From: an uncultured Oscillibacter sp.
GTDB lineage: Bacteria; Bacillota; Clostridia; Oscillospirales; Oscillospiraceae
DNA: 32,000 nucleotides
Direction: 5' to 3'
Assembly: GCA_910578935.1 (NCBI GenBank)
Contig: CAJTSM010000002.1
Coordinates: 107,151 to 139,150, forward strand
Shown here one piece after another: positions 16,601-23,829 of this stretch (its first letter is position 1; each line of letters starts with the position of its first letter). Under the pieces are notes generated by a model. The model saw nothing but the letters and a program-made list of their open reading frames with translations. It was not told the DNA's origin and did no database searches. Both the position numbers and the translations under genes were made by a program.

Positions 16601-17560
16601 TCACGCCACCGCCGAAAAGGGCGTCCGCGCCTTCTGCTCTTCCTCGTTCTGCCGGGCCAGATCCTGCTGCTGGGCGGTGTTGTCCGTGTCCGCTTTGGTA
16701 ACGGTGCGGGTGGTGCCGCCGGAGACATAGGACTTGCCGCACTCCGGACAGATTTCCGTATGCATGGTCACACTCTGGCTGACCACCTTCCGGCCTTCCC
16801 GGCCGGCCTTGGCCTGCTCCCGGTAAACATGCTCCATCTCGTGGCCCCGGACGGCGGAGGCCGCCTGTTCCGGCTTGATGTTTGTCGGCGTTTGGAAGGA
16901 CACGCCCATGTCGTCGGACCCATCCTGGTATTTCCGCTCCTCACAGGTCTGGCACTCGCCTTCCTTCAGGGCGTCCTGCGCGCTCTCGGCTCCCTGGGCG
17001 GGACTGCCGTCCTGGGTCTTGGCGTCCTCATCCGCCTCTTGTCCGGGAAGGAGGGGCTCTTCCTTCTCATCCCCTTGGCCGGGAAGGCCGGGAAACTCTG
17101 TCCCGTCCAACTGGGGCGCGCCGCCCGCCAAAACGCTCTCCGCACTCTCCGGATCATTCCGGCCCAGAGCGTCTTCCGCCAGGGTCAGCCGGCCCTCCAG
17201 GGCGTTCTTCCGGGAGCCCTGAACGGGGGAGAGGCCCTCTTTTCCAGTTTCCACAAAGAGCCCCTCGGGAGTTACTTCGCCGTAGCGGGTCCGCATTCGC
17301 CCGGCCATAGCCGCCGGATCATTTTCCAGCCGCGCCGCCAATTGCGGCAGGGACGCTTCCTCTCTGGAAACAGGGCGCAGGGCCCGCACAGGCTCTACCG
17401 GCGCCTCGGGGGAGGCGCTTTTCCGGGCCGTCCAGATCCGGTTTTGTCCCGCCTGCTGAACGCCGCGCATATTCCGAATATTTTCAGACAGCCGGGACTG
17501 GTAAAACGCCCCGGCAGAGCCCATTCCGAAACTTCCAACGCTTGAAATCCCGCCGATCAT
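16601..17560 (-). CDS. SprA-related / putative zinc metalloprotease-like protein (319 aa)
   Basis: The C-terminal third carries CQTC ... GHEMEH (HExxH) ... CPEC. The N-terminal two-thirds is low-complexity and acidic. GAGGTGA precedes the ATG. Family name is from memory only. Confidence 0.65.
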   Translation of the reverse strand: MIGGISSVGSFGMGSAGAFYQSRLSENIRNMRGVQQAGQNRIWTARKSASPEAPVEPVRALRPVSREEASLPQLAARLENDPAAMAGRMRTRYGEVTPEGLFVETGKEGLSPVQGSRKNALEGRLTLAEDALGRNDPESAESVLAGGAPQLDGTEFPGLPGQGDEKEEPLLPGQEADEDAKTQDGSPAQGAESAQDALKEGECQTCEERKYQDGSDDMGVSFQTPTNIKPEQAASAVRGHEMEHVYREQAKAGREGRKVVSQSVTMHTEICPECGKSYVSGGTTRTVTKADTDNTAQQQDLARQNEEEQKARTPFSAVA

Positions 17561-17610
17561 AGGATCACCTCATATCTGAAATTGCCTTACGGCGATACTC
17601 TAACATTTAC

Positions 17611-17638
17611 AGTATACCACATTTTTCCCAAAGCGCAA
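17611..17638 (-). promoter_or_regulatory. promoter TTGCGC-N16-TGgTATACT for the SprA-related gene
   Basis: Minus strand: TTGCGC (17638-17633), 16-nt spacer containing the TG of an extended -10, TATACT (17616-17611). Confidence 0.5.
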
Positions 17639-17687
17639 GCGTCTTTTTCGGAGTGCTGGAATACGAATTTGATAGGGGAGATGGGGA

Positions 17688-17718
17688 GTAGGGGCGGACC
17701 TGCGTGTCCGCCCCCTAC
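17688..17718. repeat. palindromic element GTAGGGGCGGAC-CTGCGT-GTCCGCCCCCTAC
   Basis: 12-bp stem hairpin in the gap between the SprA-related gene and tRNA-Leu. Confidence 0.75.
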
Positions 17719-17796
17719 TTCCGCCATGAAATCTCCGAATGGGATGCTCCCCGTCCCCCTTCGCCCCAAATTCCGCGAAGCAAATCAGGGCCCAAC

Positions 17797-17868
17797 GCGA
17801 AGAAATTCCCGTCAGAGCGCAGTTTTCGCCGTAGGGCGGAAACGGAACGGTGACGGGAATTTCTTCGC
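17797..17868. repeat. 18-bp perfect inverted repeat GCGAAGAAATTCCCGTCA / TGACGGGAATTTCTTCGC with a nested hairpin
   Basis: Arms at 17797-17814 and 17851-17868. The 36-nt loop contains TTTCGCC-GTAG-GGCGGAAA. Confidence 0.8.
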
Positions 17869-18023
17869 TGCAATAAGGGGGCAAAATCGATTTTTTGGAC
17901 CGCGCTTTCCAATTCCGCAAGGAAGGGGGTGTCCACGGGGGCCTCAGCAGGTTCCCCTTGTGGAATTCTAATCAGCCCGCAGGCGGCCCGCTTTTTGCGA
18001 TGGGCAAAAAGCGGCTTAGCACC

Positions 18024-18060
18024 AAAAGGAAGAGACAGCCAGCGGCTGTCTCTTCCTTTT
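18024..18060 (-). terminator. intrinsic terminator directly after tRNA-Leu
   Basis: 17-bp perfect stem AAAAGGAAGAGACAGCC / GGCTGTCTCTTCCTTTT with a 3-nt loop. Confidence 0.7.
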
Positions 18061-18144
18061 GGTGCGCCTGAAGGGACTCGAACCCGCACGCGTTTCCGCA
18101 CGAGAACCTAAATCTCGCATGTCTACCAATTCCATCACAGGCGC
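18060..18144 (-). tRNA. tRNA-Leu (anticodon UAG), 85 nt with encoded CCA
   Basis: The reverse complement GCGCCTGTGATGGAATTGGTAGACATGCGAGATTTAGGTTCTCGTGCGGAAACGCGTGCGGGTTCGAGTCCCTTCAGGCGCACCA folds with a 7-bp acceptor stem, anticodon stem CGAGA/TCTCG with loop TTTAGGT, a long variable arm and a TTCGAGT T-loop. The T-stem has one C-U mismatch and one G-U pair. Confidence 0.85.
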
Positions 18145-18162
18145 GTATAAAAACTTGCAGGT

Positions 18163-18171
18163 ATTATATCA
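18163..18171 (-). promoter_or_regulatory. extended -10 element TGATATAAT upstream of tRNA-Leu
   Basis: Minus-strand TGaTATAAT ends about 18 nt before the mature tRNA 5' end. No good -35. Confidence 0.45.
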
Positions 18172-18273
18172 CACCCCGCTGCCCGCCGTCCAGTCTTATT
18201 TTTCTCCGTCCCTGTTCAAGATTTGTGTTGTTAACAGCTATTCTTCAAAAGTATTCGTCAAAACACCGAAATT

Positions 18274-18302
18274 GGACGGTCACCCTTGAATTGTGACCGT
18301 CC
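18274..18302 (-). terminator. hairpin after the methyltransferase gene
   Basis: GGACGGTCAC / GTGACCGTCC, 10-bp stem. The minus strand continues AATTTCGGTGTTTTG. Confidence 0.5.
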
Positions 18303-18321
18303 GATCAATTAAAATTTCTTG

Positions 18322-18927
18322 TTATTTTTTAGCTTTAAGAAACAATCCTTTGTCTTTTCTATAAGCCTGTACTGTATTAAATTCCGCATTATAAAAAAAC
18401 GCCTCTAACTCTTTTTGACCATATACCCTCACATCTCCACTTTTTGAAAAGGGAAACCAGAGGTTGTTTGCAAAAAATCTGAGTGCTGCACCAAAGTTAG
18501 GGTCGGCTAAATATACCGCACCGCTTTTCTTCAAAACTCTTTTACATTCATTTGCAAACCCCTGCGGATTTTCAAAGTGATGAAATGCACAGCATACGGT
18601 TATGATATCAATACTTTCATCACCCCATTCAAGCGGGTAGCATGGCTTTACTTTAAAATTCATATTTGGATAACGCATTTTTGCGGCATGGATCATATTC
18701 TTCGATACATCTATCCCATATGCTTGAATTTTTGCTCTTTTCGATAGTTCCCTCAACAGGGTTCCATTTCCACATGCAACATCAAGGACAATATCATTTT
18801 TTCTCAAATCTATCGTATCGGATAGTTCCTTAATATGAAATCTGGTATATTGTCCTTCTCTCGATGTATCATATTCAGATGCTATTTTATCGTACGCAAT
18901 CCTTGATTCTTCTGTTTTCTTATCCAT
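18322..18927 (-). CDS. class I SAM-dependent methyltransferase (201 aa)
   Basis: SAM-binding motif I (VLDVACGNGTL) and a downstream acidic motif. The gene is strikingly AT-rich compared with its flanks and has its own promoter and terminator. Confidence 0.85.
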   Translation of the reverse strand: MDKKTEESRIAYDKIASEYDTSREGQYTRFHIKELSDTIDLRKNDIVLDVACGNGTLLRELSKRAKIQAYGIDVSKNMIHAAKMRYPNMNFKVKPCYPLEWGDESIDIITVCCAFHHFENPQGFANECKRVLKKSGAVYLADPNFGAALRFFANNLWFPFSKSGDVRVYGQKELEAFFYNAEFNTVQAYRKDKGLFLKAKK

Positions 18928-18959
18928 ATCATTTCCCCAAACTGTGATCTGTCTTTCTA

Positions 18960-18988
18960 ATTATAGCATGGCACAGATTTCCAGACAA
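18960..18988 (-). promoter_or_regulatory. promoter TTGTCT-N17-TATAAT (with TGc extension) for the methyltransferase
   Basis: Minus strand: TTGTCT (18988-18983), 17-nt spacer ending in TGC, TATAAT (18965-18960). Confidence 0.55.
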
Positions 18989-19054
18989 CTCATTTTCATG
19001 GAATTGCTGAAGTTTCAACCAGCAACATGAATCTTGAGCAGGGGCTTTTCTCCC

Positions 19055-19083
19055 TTGCGCTTTTCCCCGCGCCGCTGTAAAAT
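19055..19083 (+). promoter_or_regulatory. pdxK promoter TTGCGC-N17-TAAAAT
   Basis: TTGCGC at 19055-19060, 17-nt spacer, TAAAAT at 19078-19083, about 35 nt before ATG 19120. Confidence 0.5.
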
Positions 19084-19119
19084 GGTTCCCATCAATACCA
19101 TGAAAAGAGGGCCTTCATT

Positions 19120-19974
19120 ATGCCAACTCCCCGCGCCGCCGTCATTCACGACCTCTCCGGATTCGGCCGCTGTTCCCTGACAGAAGTCATTCCGATCCTC
19201 TCCGTCATGGGCGTCCAGTGCTGCCCCCTGCCCACGGCCTTTCTCTCCACCCACACCGGGGGATTCAGCGGCTTCACTTTTTTGGATCTGACGGAGGAAC
19301 TGCCGCGGGCGGCGGATCACTGGAAATCTCTGGATTTGAAGTTTCAGGCTATCTACACTGGTTTCCTGGGCAGTGAGCGGCAGATCAGCATCGTGGCGGA
19401 TTTTATACGCCGGTTCCGGGGCCCGGACACCCTGGTAGTGGTGGACCCCGTCATGGGGGACGACGGGAAAGCCTACCAGACTTATACCCCCGCCATGTGC
19501 GCCGGAATGGAGAGACTGGCGAAACTGGCGGACGTCATCACGCCCAACCTGACGGAGGCCGCCTTCCTCCTGGGACGGGACTACGCCGCCCTTTTGGACG
19601 GGGGCCGCGCCCTCCACGACGAAGCCGCCCTTCAAGAATTGGCGGAGGAGCTGAGCTTGGGCGGAAAGCGCTCCGTGGCTCTCACCGGGGCGGCGCTGGC
19701 CCCCGGGCAGACCGGGGCCATGTGCTTTGACGCCCGGACCGGGAAGGCGGAGGCCGTCCAGACGGGCTTTGTGGCCCATCCCCTCCACGGCACCGGAGAC
19801 ATCTTTGCCAGCGTCCTCACCGGTGCGCTGATCCGGGGGGATTCCCTCCGGGACGCCGCCGCCCTGGCGGTGGACTTCATTCATGCCTGCGCCCTGCGGA
19901 CAGTGGAGCAGAACCTCCCCCTCCGGGAGGGCGTGGACTTTGAGCCCCTGTTGGGGAGACTGCTCCCCCGGTAA
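19120..19974 (+). CDS. pdxK: pyridoxal/pyridoxamine kinase
   Basis: 284 aa. N-terminus AVIHDLSGFGRCSL, DPVMGD and the C-terminal GTGDIFAS ribokinase-family motif. Confidence 0.88.
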   Translation: MPTPRAAVIHDLSGFGRCSLTEVIPILSVMGVQCCPLPTAFLSTHTGGFSGFTFLDLTEELPRAADHWKSLDLKFQAIYTGFLGSERQISIVADFIRRFRGPDTLVVVDPVMGDDGKAYQTYTPAMCAGMERLAKLADVITPNLTEAAFLLGRDYAALLDGGRALHDEAALQELAEELSLGGKRSVALTGAALAPGQTGAMCFDARTGKAEAVQTGFVAHPLHGTGDIFASVLTGALIRGDSLRDAAALAVDFIHACALRTVEQNLPLREGVDFEPLLGRLLPR

Positions 19975-19995
19975 CCGCCCCGCTTCCGAGAGACA

Positions 19996-20072
19996 GGCCG
20001 CCCAGGGGGGCGGCCCCTACAGGATGTTCTATGTGATAGATGGACCGTAGGGGCCGCCGCCCCCGGCGGACC
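19996..20072. repeat. GC-rich palindromic extragenic element, same architecture as 3346-3422
   Basis: GGCCGCCCAGGGGGGCGGCCCCTAC ... GTAGGGGCCGCCGCCCCCGGCGGACC, located after the pdxK stop. Confidence 0.8.
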
Positions 20073-20082
20073 GTGCTTCTAA

Positions 20083-20125
20083 AAAGGCGCTCAGAGCGAT
20101 GCTCTGAGCGCCTTTCCTATTTTGC
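20083..20125. terminator. bidirectional terminator between pdxK and the convergent 5'-nucleotidase gene
   Basis: AAAGGCGCTCAGAGC-GAT-GCTCTGAGCGCCTTT, with T-rich sequence on both strands. Confidence 0.65.
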
Positions 20126-20183
20126 TTTTTGCTCTTTTTGCTCTTCTTTACTTTTGCTCGCAGATCTGGGGACCCCGGAGGCT

Positions 20184-22172
20184 TCACGCCGCGGGAATCA
20201 CCAGAACCTGGCCGATGCGCAGGTCGCTGGGATTCTTAATGGTTGCCTTGTTGGCCTGGTAAATCACATTCCACTGACGTCCGGTGCCGTAGACCTTCTG
20301 GGCGATGCTCCACAGGCAGTCGCCGGACTTGACCACATAGTCGCCCTCGGCCACGGCGGGAGCGGGGGTGACTTCCTCAGCGGGCTCGGGGACCGGCTCA
20401 GGCTCCGGGGCGGGAGCGGGCTCCGGCTCGGGAGTGGGGGCGGGTTCTTCCACGGGAGCGGGCTCCTCAGCGGGGGCAGGCTCCTCGACGGGTTCTTCCG
20501 CGGGAGCGGCCTCGATGGTGATGCGGCCCGCGGGCTCACCGTAGGCTTCCGCGGTGACTACGCCGTTCAGCTCTTCTTTGATGTAGTCCATCAAAACCTC
20601 GTCCATGGGCAGGCCCAGGTCGTAGTTGGTCTTGGCGGAGGCAAAGGCATAGTAGGTGTCGCCGCCGGCGGCCATAAAGTCGTTGGTGGCAATGGAGTAG
20701 GTGGCCTTTTCGTCAAAAGCCTCGCCGCCCACGGTGGCAATGCTGACCCGGCCGATGGAGGCGGGCTTGTGATAGGTGGAGCCGGGATACAGGTCGCCCG
20801 CATCAAACTCCACGGAGGTATTCACGGCAAACTCAATGCCGCTGACCTGGGGGAATCCGCCGATGGCGGTGGGCGTGCAGTGGGTAGAGGCTTCCAGGGC
20901 CTCCAGCAGCTCGGCGCCGGTGACCTTGACGATGCTCAGGGTGTTGCCGAAGGGCAGGACGGTGTTCACGTCCTTCTTGGTGATGTCGCCTGCGGCAATG
21001 GGGGCCCGGATGCCGCCGCCGTTGGTGACGGCTCCATCCACTTCCTCACCGTTCTTGGCCGCGCCCCAGACCAGGGCATCGGTAATCAGGTCGCCCAGGT
21101 TTGTCTCTTCCGTACGGTTGCCGGGGTCCTTTTCACCGTTGAGGAGAACTTCGGTCTTGGCGAAGGCCGCGCCGTAGTCGTCGTCGATCTGCTTTTGAAT
21201 GGCGGCGGCCCGGTCGCTAATTTCCTTCACGCCGTCCACGGCGATGGACTCCACGGGGACGCTGCGGGCAAAGGCGGCCTCTTCCGAGAGAACGACCACG
21301 CCCACGTTGGCCAGCTTCGTGCCGGTGGAGGTGACCAGGGTCTTGCCCTCCTCGCCGTAGACCACGGGGGTTTCGCCGGTGATAACGGCGCCCTGGGGCT
21401 CCATGGACTCCACGGTTTCCCCAGCGGCCTCCGCCACCTTGTCGATGGTGGAGTGAGAGTGACCGTCGATCAGCACGTCGATGCCCTCCACGGCCTCCAG
21501 GAGGTCGATGGAACGGTTGCCCTTGGACTCGTCGTCAATGCCCAGGTGGCTGAGGCACACGATGTAATCGCAGCCCTCATCCTCCAGCGCCTTGACTTCG
21601 GCCTCCGCAATGGCGAACATGTCCTTGCCCGCGGGGAAGGTCACGCCCTGGATCTTGGCGGGGTGGGCCTTGGTGCCGCTCTCGGGGGTGGTCAGGCCGA
21701 AGACGCCGATCTTCTCGCCGCTGTCGGCGGTGAAGACAGTGTGGGCGTTTTCCGCCTTGCCGTTATAAAGGACATTGGCGGAAATCACGGGGAACTTGGC
21801 GTCCTTGGTGACTTCCTTAAAGTTGGGATAGCCGTAGTCAAACTCGTGGTTTCCGATGGTGGCCGCGTCATAGCCCGCCAGGTTCATCAGCTCCACGGCG
21901 GTTTTGCCCTGGCTGACGCTGACGGTGGGGTCGCCCTGGATGTAGTCGCCCGCGTCCAGCAGCAGGGTGTAAGCCCCCGCGTCCTGGAAGGACTGCTTCA
22001 GGGCCGCCACCTTGGCATAGCTGCCGATGGCTCCGTGGACGTCGTTGGTGTGGAGGATGACAATCTGGCCCTCCAGGGGCTTGGCGTCTTCCTCCGCAGC
22101 GCTGGCGGTGACGCTCAGGGAAACCATCATGGCCAGGGCCAGCAGCAGGGACAGGAACTTTTTCGTCTGCAT
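20184..22172 (-). CDS. secreted bifunctional metallophosphatase/5'-nucleotidase with Pro/Glu-rich linker and C-terminal LysM domain
   Basis: Signal peptide (MQTKKFLSLLLALAMMVSLSVTASA), HTNDVHG, GDYIQG and GNHEFD motifs, a 5'-nucleotidase C-terminal domain, a PE-rich linker, then LysM (YVVKSGDCLWSIAQKVYG...IGQVLVIP). Confidence 0.92.
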   Translation of the reverse strand: MQTKKFLSLLLALAMMVSLSVTASAAEEDAKPLEGQIVILHTNDVHGAIGSYAKVAALKQSFQDAGAYTLLLDAGDYIQGDPTVSVSQGKTAVELMNLAGYDAATIGNHEFDYGYPNFKEVTKDAKFPVISANVLYNGKAENAHTVFTADSGEKIGVFGLTTPESGTKAHPAKIQGVTFPAGKDMFAIAEAEVKALEDEGCDYIVCLSHLGIDDESKGNRSIDLLEAVEGIDVLIDGHSHSTIDKVAEAAGETVESMEPQGAVITGETPVVYGEEGKTLVTSTGTKLANVGVVVLSEEAAFARSVPVESIAVDGVKEISDRAAAIQKQIDDDYGAAFAKTEVLLNGEKDPGNRTEETNLGDLITDALVWGAAKNGEEVDGAVTNGGGIRAPIAAGDITKKDVNTVLPFGNTLSIVKVTGAELLEALEASTHCTPTAIGGFPQVSGIEFAVNTSVEFDAGDLYPGSTYHKPASIGRVSIATVGGEAFDEKATYSIATNDFMAAGGDTYYAFASAKTNYDLGLPMDEVLMDYIKEELNGVVTAEAYGEPAGRITIEAAPAEEPVEEPAPAEEPAPVEEPAPTPEPEPAPAPEPEPVPEPAEEVTPAPAVAEGDYVVKSGDCLWSIAQKVYGTGRQWNVIYQANKATIKNPSDLRIGQVLVIPAA

Positions 22173-22264
22173 TCTTTTACCTCCTCTTCTTTCGGGGCGT
22201 CCGGGACCGTTTCTCCCCGCCGCTGCGGCGGGAAGGCGGAATTCCCCTCCGCCTGTCTGATGTC

Positions 22265-22273
22265 ATTATAGCA
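22265..22273 (-). promoter_or_regulatory. extended -10 TGCTATAAT for the 5'-nucleotidase gene
   Basis: Minus-strand TGcTATAAT about 90 nt upstream of ATG 22172. Weak -35. Confidence 0.4.
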
Positions 22274-22300
22274 CAGTTTTTCCAAATAGAAAGCGCAAAG

Positions 22301-22324
22301 TTTCCCCGCGGGGGAAATTTTTTT
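22301..22324 (+). terminator. orphan terminator-like hairpin in a divergent promoter region
   Basis: TTTCCCC-GCG-GGGGAAA followed by T7 on the plus strand. No plus-strand gene lies upstream. Confidence 0.35.
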
Positions 22325-22381
22325 CGCCCGCCTCTTCCGGAAAGATTTCTTCCGCCGCCGCTGGAAATTTAGCCGGTCTTA

Positions 22382-22390
22382 TGATATACT
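22382..22390 (+). promoter_or_regulatory. extended -10 TGATATACT for the dihydropyrimidinase gene
   Basis: TGaTATACT lies 36 nt before ATG 22427, with an intervening GGAGGA SD. Confidence 0.45.
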
Positions 22391-22426
22391 GAATCCACTG
22401 ACTATTTCGGAACGGAGGAACCGCAT

Positions 22427-23803
22427 ATGCGCACATTGTTCAAAGGCGGCAGCATTGTCTCCGGCAAGGGCGTCCGGCGGGCCGACCTGCTGACGGAGGG
22501 GGAAAAGGTCGTCTCTCTGGGCCGCCGGCTCAAGACCGGAGCCGACCGGGTGATCGACGTGACCGGCTGCGTCCTCTTCCCCGGCTTTATTGACGCCCAC
22601 ACCCACTTCGACCTGGAGGTGGCGGGCACCGTCACCGCCGACGGTTTTGCCTCAGGAAGCCGCTCGGCCCTCCGGGGAGGCACCACCACCGTCATTGACT
22701 TTGCCTGCCCCGACAAGGGAGAATCCCTGGCCTCCGGCCTTGCCCGCTGGCGGGAGAAGGCCGTGGGGAAGACCTTCTGCGACTACGGTTTCCATATGAC
22801 CATCGACGACTGGAACGAACGTGTCCGGGCGGAACTGCCCGCCATGTTCGCCCAGGGCATCTCCTCTTTTAAAATGTACATGACCTACCCCGCCATGCTG
22901 CTGGGGGACCGGGACCTCTATTGGGCCTTGAAGGAACTGAAGACCCTGGGGGGCGTCTGCGGCGTCCACTGCGAGAACGCCGGGGTGATTGACGGCATGA
23001 TTGCCGAGAAGAAGGCCCTGGGGGAGCTGTCTCCCGCCAGCCACCCCCAGACCCGCCCGGCCTATCTGGAGGCGGAGGCCGTGGGGCGCCTCCTCCGCAT
23101 CGCCCAGGCGGCCCAGGCCCCGGTGATTATCGTCCACCTCACCAACGGCGGCGCTCTGGAGGAGGTCCTTCGGGCCCGGAAGCGGGGGCAGACCGTCTAT
23201 GTGGAAACCTGCCCCCAGTACCTGACCCTGGACGAGAGCCTGTACTTCCAGGAGAACTTCTCCGACGCGGCCCGCTATGTCTGCGCCCCGCCCCTGCGGG
23301 ACAAGAAGGAGCAGGAAATTCTCTGGAAGGCTCTGCGCCGGGGGGAGATCCAGACGGTGTCCACCGACCATTGCTCCTTCACCCTGGAGCAAAAGGGCCT
23401 GGGACTGGAAGATTTTACGAAAATCCCCGGCGGCCTCCCCGGCGTGGAAACCCGGGGAGAGCTGATGTGGAGCTGCGGCGTGGCGAGACGGAAGCTCAGC
23501 GTAGCCCAGATGTGCCGCCTTCTCAGCGAAAACCCGGCCAAACTGTACGGCCTCTTCCCCCGGAAGGGGACCCTCCAGCCGGGGAGCGACGCGGACATCG
23601 TGGTCTACGACCCCAGCGGCGGGCATGTGATCCGGGCTGAGGACTGCGAATCCGCCGCCGGGTACAGCCCCTATGAGGGCTTCGCAACAGACGGCGGCAT
23701 CCGGCAGGTGTGGCTCCGGGGGCGCCTGGCCGTGGAGAGCGGGAACGTGCTGTTCTCCGAACCGGAGGGGAAGTACATGGCCCGGGGAAAATGTGCCCTG
23801 TAG
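22427..23803 (+). CDS. dihydropyrimidinase / D-hydantoinase (cyclic amidohydrolase)
   Basis: 458 aa with FIDAHTHFDL, GGTTTVIDFA, SSFKMYMTY (carboxylated-Lys context) and VSTDHC motifs. GGAGGA precedes the ATG. Confidence 0.88.
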   Translation: MRTLFKGGSIVSGKGVRRADLLTEGEKVVSLGRRLKTGADRVIDVTGCVLFPGFIDAHTHFDLEVAGTVTADGFASGSRSALRGGTTTVIDFACPDKGESLASGLARWREKAVGKTFCDYGFHMTIDDWNERVRAELPAMFAQGISSFKMYMTYPAMLLGDRDLYWALKELKTLGGVCGVHCENAGVIDGMIAEKKALGELSPASHPQTRPAYLEAEAVGRLLRIAQAAQAPVIIVHLTNGGALEEVLRARKRGQTVYVETCPQYLTLDESLYFQENFSDAARYVCAPPLRDKKEQEILWKALRRGEIQTVSTDHCSFTLEQKGLGLEDFTKIPGGLPGVETRGELMWSCGVARRKLSVAQMCRLLSENPAKLYGLFPRKGTLQPGSDADIVVYDPSGGHVIRAEDCESAAGYSPYEGFATDGGIRQVWLRGRLAVESGNVLFSEPEGKYMARGKCAL

Positions 23804-23829
23804 ATAACAATGGCGGTATCGGGAGGAAC

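Noticed and set aside
18060-19015. Classical tRNA-targeted integrative island.
   Set aside because: The AT-rich DNA lies on the 5' (promoter) side of the tRNA, not at its 3' end. I see no integrase or recombinase and no duplicated tRNA 3' fragment, so only compositional evidence of foreign origin is retained.
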